Positions 17,614 through 24,071 of a DNA stretch of 26,405 bases are shown here, in pieces; the first letter of the stretch is position 1, and every line of letters begins with the position of its first letter. The stretch is from a virus (lineage: Duplodnaviria; Heunggongvirae; Uroviricota; Caudoviricetes), in the IMG/VR virus record IMGVR_UViG_3300033804_000036; one strand, written 5' to 3'. The notes beneath the pieces are model-generated. The model worked only from the letters and a program-made list of their open reading frames with translations, was not told the DNA's origin and did not search any database. Made by a program: the position numbers and the translations under genes.

Positions 17614-18095
17614 TTCGGCTGATTCTCCAAAAATTTCTTCAGTTTTATAACGGCAGGATGGTTCACATGATCAGGCTCTCTGCGAGGGGGATTAGTTGTG
17701 ATAATCACATCTCGTGGATGCAGCAGAAAACCGACAAGCTGTGCAACTTCTTCTCGTGACAATGAGATGCTCGGTTTCGGCTGCTTCATAAGTCCAGTAA
17801 TCTCTTCTGGTGTTGATGGTCTTGGAGGATGCATTCCGTCAAAGTAGAAGACGCTGTCCGCATCAGTGCCAGCTTGGAAGGCTGCATTGTGCAGGTATGG
17901 CAGTTCACCGTCTATGAATAGGAATTCGATGAAAAGGTCAAATTGGCCGTTCACCAGACGAGAAACAATATCGTCAAAAGACTCGCGTCCACGCCGCATT
18001 TTGTCAAGTTCATTCTTGTTTTCAACGGAAACAGCGATGGTTGTCAGCTTAGGCTGCTCCGTCTTCTTAACTTTCTCCTCAGATTGGGCAGACAA
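17610..18095 (-). CDS. Ribbon-helix-helix domain protein, putative transcriptional regulator
   Basis: TTIAVSVENKNELDKMRRGRESFDDIVSRLV is typical of archaeal RHH (CopG/VapB-like) domains. Confidence 0.65.
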   Translation of the reverse strand: MSAQSEEKVKKTEQPKLTTIAVSVENKNELDKMRRGRESFDDIVSRLVNGQFDLFIEFLFIDGELPYLHNAAFQAGTDADSVFYFDGMHPPRPSTPEEITGLMKQPKPSISLSREEVAQLVGFLLHPRDVIITTNPPRREPDHVNHPAVIKLKKFLENQPK

Positions 18096-18152
18096 GAAGA
18101 TCGGAACTATCTTATAGAAACCACTTCTATAAAAGCGTTATAGAACTTATAT

Positions 18153-18314
18153 CTACTCAACCTTGTCAGTGTCAAGAAGCTTCGTCTTAGTTTTCTTAGG
18201 TTCAATGAAAACACTGCTTCCGCCCAGATGACCCATCGCCATACGGGCAAAAGCAGACGTTGCATCAACGTTTTTTTTGCGTTCACGACTTTCGCTGGTA
18301 ATTATTTCACTCAA
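18153..18314 (-). CDS. Small hypothetical protein (53 aa)
   Basis: Not in track. TTG start overlaps the upstream TGA; MSEIITSESRERKKNVDATSAFARMAMGHLGGSSVFIEPKKTKTKLLDTDKVE. Confidence 0.55.
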   Translation of the reverse strand: MSEIITSESRERKKNVDATSAFARMAMGHLGGSSVFIEPKKTKTKLLDTDKVE

Positions 18315-19414
18315 ACCTGACCCTCAACAATATTTGGCATCTTTAAGTTTTTAACTTTTTCTAGCCACTCGTGGAAAGGCATACATGTTATTCCAGGACC
18401 GAACAGTGTGCCTTCTTCTGAACAGTTGAAAGTTTCAAACCATGCAGGAACTTTACGGGCGAGAGTAAGCCAGCCAGCGCGGTATGTCTGGAAAACCTTG
18501 TCGGCGTAAGCGTAAGTTTTGAAGCAGGGATTATATGTTTTCTTGTACATTTGAGAAGCCGTGTAACTGTCGCAGTGTCTTATCCACATGCTGAAGTAGG
18601 GAGTGTCCTGAAATTTAGTTCCGTCTGGATAGCCTAGGTCAATGCCGATGAGCGCAATCGGAGAACGGCGCAGAAGAGTGTGGTTTAAAACCCAGATGGT
18701 GCAGCCGACGTTTCCTCCGCAACTCACTGCCGGAATACCGTTTGGGTTTTGATGGCTGACCGTCATAAGATTTTGCAGACGTGTCCAAGATTCGCTGCTC
18801 TGCAGTCCATCCATCATTCCGTCAAACCAGTAGATCTGCACCTTGTTCTTTTTACAGATTTTCACGACATCTGGGTTCACACTGTTCACAAGACATGTTT
18901 TGATTTGCGAACCGTACTTCTCTACAAGCGGATGATCGTACCATTTCGTTATTATAGTTTGACCGTCAACCGTGGCTGTTAAATCTGGAATTATTCCCCT
19001 CTCGAGAAGAGGGATAAGCATGCTGTCGCAGGCGCATATGAGACCGTGATATTCTTTATGGTCAATCGCTGATTGCAGCAAGTCTAAATGTTTATGCATG
19101 TGGATGCTTGGACCTGAACCGACAACGATGCTGGGGCCTTTCGGCACGATTTCAGGATGTTCAGGAACCAGTTTGGATATTGAGTCGCCTTCCAAAATAT
19201 CCGTTAAGTTGTGGGCGAAATTGGTGCACCACAGTCCCATTAATCCTCGTCCAGAAGCTCTTTCCTCAGCAGACGCCTTCGGCGAAATGTCTTTCGACTT
19301 GAAAGTAAGCCAGTCACCCCATGTTCGGGCTTTATACCCATCATCTTCCTTCAACCTTTTTAACCGTTCAAAAGTTGTTGGGGGAACATCAACCACAATA
19401 CGTTTAGTGAGCAT
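18311..19414 (-). CDS. DUF115 / Maf-like protein with N-terminal RHH-like domain
   Basis: SIVVGSGPSI, ACDSML, TVDGQ, GGNVG, ALIGIDLG, NCSEEG; N-terminus RIVVDVPPTTFERLKRLK...TWGDWL; apparently leaderless (TATA-like box about 21 nt upstream). Confidence 0.78.
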   Translation of the reverse strand: MLTKRIVVDVPPTTFERLKRLKEDDGYKARTWGDWLTFKSKDISPKASAEERASGRGLMGLWCTNFAHNLTDILEGDSISKLVPEHPEIVPKGPSIVVGSGPSIHMHKHLDLLQSAIDHKEYHGLICACDSMLIPLLERGIIPDLTATVDGQTIITKWYDHPLVEKYGSQIKTCLVNSVNPDVVKICKKNKVQIYWFDGMMDGLQSSESWTRLQNLMTVSHQNPNGIPAVSCGGNVGCTIWVLNHTLLRRSPIALIGIDLGYPDGTKFQDTPYFSMWIRHCDSYTASQMYKKTYNPCFKTYAYADKVFQTYRAGWLTLARKVPAWFETFNCSEEGTLFGPGITCMPFHEWLEKVKNLKMPNIVEGQV

Positions 19415-19450
19415 AACAAATAATGCGTTGCTATATTTTTAAGCCTTATC

Positions 19451-19461
19451 AAAAAAAGGGG
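19451..19461 (-). terminator. Oligo-T archaeal terminator (CCCC-T7) after the tandem paralogues
   Basis: Plus strand A7-G4 lies just downstream of the 19472 stop. Confidence 0.6.
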
Positions 19462-19471
19462 AGAGTTGACT

Positions 19472-19948
19472 TTAAGGCGAAGATGTGATGAAGCCGACCC
19501 ACTGCGCTACAATCGAGTATATTGATGCTCCGTAAGCGCTTGTTGAGTGTCCGATGTTCACTTGGAAGCATGATCCTGAGATTTGCGCCCATAGGAATGG
19601 ACTTTCTATTGTGCTGAACGATGTCTGTATGAATTTCGGTATGAAAGCGATTGGCACAATCTGGTATCCTGTACCGTAAGCTCCTGCACCAAACCAAGCT
19701 GACATCGCGCCGAAAGCGCTGACTACGATAACGTTGCTCTGTGCCGTGGAAGTGGTTGCCGAGGCCACGTACATTGAGTCTGTGATGCTGCCCATGATGA
19801 AGCCTCCGAAAGGCAATGTGAGACCTATACCGGTGCCGAGACCTGCGCTGGCCCCGTAGCTTGCGAATGGAAATCCGCCTGCAATCGCTGTTATCGGCTG
19901 CTGACCTGTCCGCCTAAAGTTAGTCCTGAGAAAACCGCCTGTTGGCAT
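19472..19948 (-). CDS. Gly/Ala/Ser-rich tandem paralogue 3, putative virion fibre/structural protein
   Basis: 158 aa; same N-terminus MPTGGFLRTNFRRTGQQPITAI and C-terminus WVGFI(T/C)SSP as the other two. Confidence 0.75.
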   Translation of the reverse strand: MPTGGFLRTNFRRTGQQPITAIAGGFPFASYGASAGLGTGIGLTLPFGGFIMGSITDSMYVASATTSTAQSNVIVVSAFGAMSAWFGAGAYGTGYQIVPIAFIPKFIQTSFSTIESPFLWAQISGSCFQVNIGHSTSAYGASIYSIVAQWVGFITSSP

Positions 19949-19990
19949 GTCAAGTCACTCCTATGGAGACGAGCATATGAACCCCACCCA
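19882..19990. repeat. 109-bp perfect direct repeat, copy A (copy B 20404-20512; first 66 bp also at 20947-21012)
   Basis: Base-by-base comparison; spans the 3' end of one paralogue, the spacer/SD and the 5' end of the next. Confidence 0.92.
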
Positions 19991-20470
19991 ACGGAAGTCT
20001 ACGAGAGAATAGCACGCTGGCACAGCACTTAACGTGGAAGCTGCGACGAGAACTCCGAATGTTGAGTCGCCTGGCACTGACATGCTTGCCCATATGAAGG
20101 GTCCGCCGCCTGCGCCTGATGGTGAAGAAGCGTTGGTGATTCCTGCCATAATTCTTGGTATGAAAGCTACTGGCAGAATTCTGTATCCTGAAGTGTAAGC
20201 ACCTGCACCGAACCATCCGGACATTGCACCGTAAGCACTGATAACCATTAGATTGCTTGCGCCTGCATAGTAGCCTAAGGCTGAAGCATCTCCTGATGTG
20301 AGGTTAACGCTGCCCATGATGAGACCGCCGAATGGCATGTTGGTTCCTGTTCCTGTTCCAATGCCCTGAACGCCAGCATAGCTTGTGAATGGGTAGATTC
20401 CGCCAATCGCTGTTATCGGCTGCTGACCTGTCCGCCTAAAGTTAGTCCTGAGAAAACCGCCTGTTGGCAT
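19961..20470 (-). CDS. Gly/Ala/Ser-rich tandem paralogue 2
   Basis: 169 aa; SD GGAGTGA upstream. Confidence 0.75.
   Translation of the reverse strand: MPTGGFLRTNFRRTGQQPITAIGGIYPFTSYAGVQGIGTGTGTNMPFGGLIMGSVNLTSGDASALGYYAGASNLMVISAYGAMSGWFGAGAYTSGYRILPVAFIPRIMAGITNASSPSGAGGGPFIWASMSVPGDSTFGVLVAASTLSAVPACYSLVDFRWVGFICSSP
20184..20245. repeat. 62-bp internal constant block, identical to 20700-20761
   Basis: Encodes VISAYGAMSGWFGAGAYTSGY in paralogues 1 and 2. Confidence 0.9.
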
Positions 20471-20512
20471 GTCAAGTCACTCCTATGGAGACGAGCATAT
20501 GAACCCCACCCA
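20404..20512. repeat. 109-bp perfect direct repeat, copy B
   Basis: Identical to 19882-19990 (offset 522). In addition, 20376-20469 is identical to 20919-21012 (94 bp). Confidence 0.92.
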
Positions 20513-21013
20513 GATGAAGTCTATCAGTGAACATTCGGATCCCGTGACGCTGTAAGTTGAAGCGGCGATGTTCACCCCGAAGCACGAGTCGGTTCCTGTT
20601 GACACACTTGCCCATAGATAAGGTCCTTGTTCTCCTGACGTTGTTGGGGAAGAGGGAAGAGCTATTTGTTTTGGCATTATGTTTATTGGTAAAATCTTAT
20701 ATCCTGAAGTGTAAGCACCTGCACCGAACCATCCGGACATTGCACCGTAAGCACTGATAACTATCACATGTGTTACGGTTGCTCCACCATATCCTGATTG
20801 TACCCATGAACAATCCTGTGATCCTATAACGCTGCCCATGATGAGGCCGTTGTAAGGCAAGTTAGTCCCTGCGCCGAATCCACCATAGCTACCTTGAACA
20901 TAAGACAGAGCGCTGGCTGCATAGCTTGTGAATGGGTAGATTCCGCCAATCGCTGTTATCGGCTGCTGACCTGTCCGCCTAAAGTTAGTCCTGAGAAAAC
21001 CGCCTGTTGGCAA
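20483..21013 (-). CDS. Gly/Ala/Ser-rich tandem paralogue 1
   Basis: 176 aa; TTG start after GGAGAACC (21018-21025). Confidence 0.75.
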   Translation of the reverse strand: MPTGGFLRTNFRRTGQQPITAIGGIYPFTSYAASALSYVQGSYGGFGAGTNLPYNGLIMGSVIGSQDCSWVQSGYGGATVTHVIVISAYGAMSGWFGAGAYTSGYKILPINIMPKQIALPSSPTTSGEQGPYLWASVSTGTDSCFGVNIAASTYSVTGSECSLIDFIWVGFICSSP

Positions 21014-21065
21014 AGTTGGTTCTCCTTTTTCTTGATTCCCCTTTCGGGTTTTACCTAGAAAATGC

Positions 21066-21087
21066 TATAACATAGACGCTTTTTAAA
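21066..21087 (-). promoter_or_regulatory. Promoter element TTTAAAAAGCGTCTATGTTATA, identical to 23988-24009
   Basis: 22-bp exact match upstream of two different transcription units. Confidence 0.8.
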
Positions 21088-21108
21088 CCCTTTGCACGAT
21101 TATAAGTG

Positions 21109-21348
21109 TTATAGCAAAACATAGTTGCCAGATGAGGAATCTACTGGCAAGTCGCGTACTGACCGTGTTCTAATGTGGTCGACGCCTTTAACGAAAAGTA
21201 CGTCGCCGACTTTTGCGGCGCTGCCTGCTGTGCACGCGCACAGCCGTTGAACGGGTAAAATGCAGGGTTGTCCAGTGGGAACGTTGCGAGCATAAGTCGC
21301 TTTTCTGACAGTGTCAACGCCTCTGACGAACAAAAAGTCTTCCGGCAT
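21109..21348 (-). CDS. Small protein with internal duplication (79 aa)
   Basis: FLFVRGVDTVR / VLFVKGVDHIR; start likely ATG 21348 after GGTGA SD. Confidence 0.6.
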   Translation of the reverse strand: MPEDFLFVRGVDTVRKATYARNVPTGQPCILPVQRLCACTAGSAAKVGDVLFVKGVDHIRTRSVRDLPVDSSSGNYVLL

Positions 21349-21357
21349 CGAAGTCAC

Positions 21358-21777
21358 CTAGAGCATTATCGGTGAGTCGTCTCGTACTGGAATGTCGTTG
21401 GTGATTGGTTTTATGCCTGAAGCGGCACGTTTAGACCATGCTTGATTGTTGCTGTCGATTATTTCGCCGTCGCGTCCTCTTGCAGTCGGTGTGGGCGTTA
21501 TGACCAGGGCGTTTTGGCCTTCAGGTGGCTGCTGAATTTCCGGGATATACGGGGTTGTCGGCTCGTAAATGCCTGTTTGCTGTAGTTCTCCAGTGTACCG
21601 GGCAAGATTTTCAGGCTGAGTTAGTCTGCCGTAAGGTTTGTCGAGGTTTCCGTAATACTGGGCTTGCGGAGAAACTTCTCCAAACTTCATTCGCCTATAA
21701 ATCGCGTCGAAGTTGGGATCTCGAGACTCATCAGTAGACATCGATATCTCCGCTCCGCAGTTAGGACAGCGCGTCAT
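21358..21777 (-). CDS. Hypothetical protein with N-terminal CPNC motif (139 aa)
   Basis: MTRCPNCGAEI followed by a Pro/Gln-rich region. Confidence 0.65.
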   Translation of the reverse strand: MTRCPNCGAEISMSTDESRDPNFDAIYRRMKFGEVSPQAQYYGNLDKPYGRLTQPENLARYTGELQQTGIYEPTTPYIPEIQQPPEGQNALVITPTPTARGRDGEIIDSNNQAWSKRAASGIKPITNDIPVRDDSPIML

Positions 21778-21790
21778 CTAATCAACTCGG

Positions 21791-21798
21791 AAAAGGGG
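21791..21798 (-). terminator. Putative CCCC-TTTT terminator
   Basis: Lies just after the 21806 stop; same motif at 19451 and 22849. Confidence 0.4.
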
Positions 21799-21805
21799 TG
21801 GGTGT

Positions 21806-22249
21806 TTAGTTTTCGGATGCGCTCATGATGAGTATGCCGCCGACTCTGACGTGGCAGCTTGCAGCAGTGCAGTCTATCCAGAGGTCGTTGCCAACTGTAA
21901 TGCAGTCCATGGCAAACAACGCTGTTTCAAGCGGGTTAACTCTGAATCCGCATAGAGTTGCGTAGCAGCTTGCCGCAGGACCTCCAGTGTACACCATTAG
22001 GTGTTGTGCAACAGTGTTTTCATTGTCAAACCACCAGGTTCTCGGCTTGAACCATGTTGAGCTTGGAACGCTCAGCAACAGGCTTGCAGTTCCAGAGTTT
22101 GGCGTGGTGAAACCGCTAGGGTTTACGGTTAACGAAGTTGCCAACGTGTGAGCAGGCCATTCGCTGTCGATCAGAGCTATGTCTCTGACAATTCTTTGTC
22201 GAGCTTTGTCTTCAACTTCTGGCTGAACAAAATTTGGCATCCATATCAC
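21806..22249 (-). CDS. Beta-rich protein (147 aa), possible jelly-roll capsid-associated protein
   Basis: Strand pattern; GGTGA SD; cotranscribed with the candidate capsid genes. Fold is inference. Confidence 0.55.
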   Translation of the reverse strand: MIWMPNFVQPEVEDKARQRIVRDIALIDSEWPAHTLATSLTVNPSGFTTPNSGTASLLLSVPSSTWFKPRTWWFDNENTVAQHLMVYTGGPAASCYATLCGFRVNPLETALFAMDCITVGNDLWIDCTAASCHVRVGGILIMSASEN

Positions 22250-22813
22250 CTACGGGGTGTTCTTTACTCCTCCAAACACGATTTTTTTGTGCACGCCGCC
22301 TTGACGTAACTGGCTGATTGTACCTGCATCCGTGATTTTTTCAATGTCGTATTTCATGCCGCGGAACCAGATTTTCGGCTGTAAAGTAACCACTGAACCG
22401 TTTTTCATGTTGACTGCTGGAATCCAGTCGTGGATAAGCCAGAACTGGTATAGCGGGTCAGGGTCGAACCATGGGCTTTTGCTGCCGCTTATGAAGCCGA
22501 TTTCCTTGTTTATGTCTACGCCAAACCTGTTTTGTCCTGTCGGAATTTTCAGGTAGTATTTCACTATGTCAGTTGAGTCAGTTCCCCATCTTACCTGAAA
22601 TAGGTGTAGGGGATCGTTGTCCGGCTCTATGGTGCTGATGTTTACGAAGCCGCTTTGGTTGCCTGGAGATACTGTGCTGAAAAGGTTTGGAGATTCTTCG
22701 CCTGTGACGAAGTCGAACGGTTCTCTCCGTGCGATTCGATAGAACGCGTTGTACGGGTCGTCGATGTAGACAACCCAACCTTCCTTCAAATATCCGTCTT
22801 CTTCATCTCTCAA
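22250..22813 (-). CDS. Putative capsid protein 2 (187 aa, possible single jelly-roll)
   Basis: Beta-rich; similar size to the adjacent 188-aa gene; SD GAGGAGTGA. Function inferred from context only. Confidence 0.45.
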   Translation of the reverse strand: MRDEEDGYLKEGWVVYIDDPYNAFYRIARREPFDFVTGEESPNLFSTVSPGNQSGFVNISTIEPDNDPLHLFQVRWGTDSTDIVKYYLKIPTGQNRFGVDINKEIGFISGSKSPWFDPDPLYQFWLIHDWIPAVNMKNGSVVTLQPKIWFRGMKYDIEKITDAGTISQLRQGGVHKKIVFGGVKNTP

Positions 22814-22848
22814 ACTTGTTCACTCCTCTCGTAAAGAGAGCCTACTAC

Positions 22849-22858
22849 AAAAGGGGGG
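22849..22858 (-). terminator. Putative C6-T4 terminator between the two candidate capsid genes
   Basis: Within the 126-nt spacer after the 22940 stop. Confidence 0.4.
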
Positions 22859-22939
22859 ATTAAGGGACGCATTACGGTAGGGCATGCCATACTTCGCCGC
22901 TCCTTTAATTTGTGTGTGAGGGAGCTACTTTTAGGCAGG

Positions 22940-23506
22940 CTATATTTCGCCTATCAGGTAGCTTCTCTTGGCAACGACGAAGCCGAGCAGTCCGAAACGT
23001 TTGATTCCAGCGGTTGTGCAGCGGACTTTGACAGTAACCATTTTTTCGGGGCGTACGATGATCGGGTGGCTGAAGTATGCGGTTGCAAAGTCCCAACCGT
23101 ACATTTCCTGTATGTCGATGACAGGGTATTCGATACCGTCTGCGATGATCTTCACTGCTTCTACGTCTGGGTTTTGGTCGTAATTGAAGAAGCCGGTGAT
23201 GATTACGTAGCATGAGTCGCTGAGTATAGCGCTGTTGATAACGCTGTACCAGGCTTGGCCTGCGGCGATGCTGAACATCCACGCGTCAGACGTAGAATAG
23301 CCGAGTGGCCAGTAGGCGCTGGTTCTGCATATATCCTTGGGCTGAAGTCGCTTGATTCCGAAGCCTTTAGTTGGAAAGACACCATCAAATTTTTCTGGTG
23401 CCCAAAGGCTTTCTGCATCTGCTATTGCCGTTTGGACTGCCTGTTGAATGTTAGCGTTGTCGCTTGCATCCCAATCTTTAAAGATTACGGGATAGTTTAG
23501 TGGCAT
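22940..23506 (-). CDS. Putative major capsid protein 1 (188 aa, possible single jelly-roll)
   Basis: Helical N-terminus then beta-strand pattern (YVIITGFFNY, VEAVKII, PIIVRPEKMVTVKV, FGLLGFVVAK); in a strongly promoted unit, followed by a terminator-like motif. Confidence 0.5.
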   Translation of the reverse strand: MPLNYPVIFKDWDASDNANIQQAVQTAIADAESLWAPEKFDGVFPTKGFGIKRLQPKDICRTSAYWPLGYSTSDAWMFSIAAGQAWYSVINSAILSDSCYVIITGFFNYDQNPDVEAVKIIADGIEYPVIDIQEMYGWDFATAYFSHPIIVRPEKMVTVKVRCTTAGIKRFGLLGFVVAKRSYLIGEI

Positions 23507-23520
23507 ATTTCTCTATTCTC

Positions 23521-23964
23521 CTATACTACTTTTGTTCCTCCGCTAAGCGTGCCTCCGCCTATCACAAGCGCTCCTGTTCCGCCCGACATTGTCGGTGCGG
23601 TCGGAGTTATGTATGGGCGTGCGGGCACGTATGCGGCTGCTGATGCGCGAGAGCTTCCGATGCTGCCGGACCTGAATGTTGCCCATCCTGCAAAGTCTGC
23701 GATGCCGAAGCCTATAGCCGCTGCTGAACCGAAGAGTAGCACGTTTCTCATCGTGCCTTCAGACTTTGTGAAGCCGTATGCTCCGATGAGTCCTAATGTT
23801 CCCAGAACGAAGGGGAACAATGTGCTGTATGGTACGCCGAACAAGTTGCCTCCAGGAACGTTGCCGAGGAAATAGAAATGTGCTGCACCGAAAATGGCTG
23901 CGCCGACACCTGCGGCTAGAATGCCATATCCTACCTTCTTCCAAGTGCCTCTTTCCATTGCCAT
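23521..23964 (-). CDS. Three-TM membrane protein, paralogue A (147 aa)
   Basis: KKVGYGILAAGVGAAIFG / TLFPFVLGTLGLIGAYG / NVLLFGSAAAIGFGIA. Confidence 0.78.
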   Translation of the reverse strand: MAMERGTWKKVGYGILAAGVGAAIFGAAHFYFLGNVPGGNLFGVPYSTLFPFVLGTLGLIGAYGFTKSEGTMRNVLLFGSAAAIGFGIADFAGWATFRSGSIGSSRASAAAYVPARPYITPTAPTMSGGTGALVIGGGTLSGGTKVV

Positions 23965-23969
23965 CTGTT

Positions 23970-24016
23970 GGTTCTCCTAGAACAAGATATAACATAGACG
24001 CTTTTTAAAGCTTACC
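23970..24016 (-). promoter_or_regulatory. Promoter: TTTAAAAA (24002-24009) + 24 nt + GGAGAACC (23970-23977)
   Basis: Shares 22 bp with 21066-21087 and 18 bp (CGCTTTTTAAAGCTTACC) with 24796-24813. Confidence 0.8.
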
Positions 24017-24060
24017 TTAGAAAGAGGCTGGACTAGGCTAGAAATTGACTGTTTGATGTG

Positions 24061-24067
24061 AAAAAAA
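24061..24067 (-). terminator. T7 terminator after membrane paralogue B
   Basis: Plus-strand A7, 4 nt beyond the 24072 stop. Confidence 0.55.
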
Positions 24068-24071
24068 GTGT

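Noticed and set aside
13612-19414. MptE (6-hydroxymethylpterin pyrophosphokinase) as the function of the DUF115 genes
   Set aside because: Three long paralogues in a sugar-nucleotide context with no pterin pathway genes favour Maf-like transferases; not formally excluded without phylogeny.
13612-19414. Homopolymer phase variation of maf-like genes as in Campylobacter
   Set aside because: No long poly-G/C tract seen inside the DUF115 genes; the 8-T run at 18271-18278 is in frame within a small separate ORF.
19882-21012. CRISPR array
   Set aside because: Repeats are 62-109 bp, coding and about 520-540 bp apart; no repeat-spacer periodicity or cas genes anywhere in the window.
19472-21013. Diversity-generating retroelement (template/variable repeat) explanation for the paralogues
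   Set aside because: No reverse transcriptase in the window; differences include synonymous non-adenine changes (TCA/TCT, CTG/CTC) and indels; all three copies are intact genes.
19472-21013. Archaellin/type IV pilin call from FRRTG-QQPI
   Set aside because: The residue before G is T rather than K/R, and no continuous hydrophobic helix follows, so it is not a class III signal peptide.
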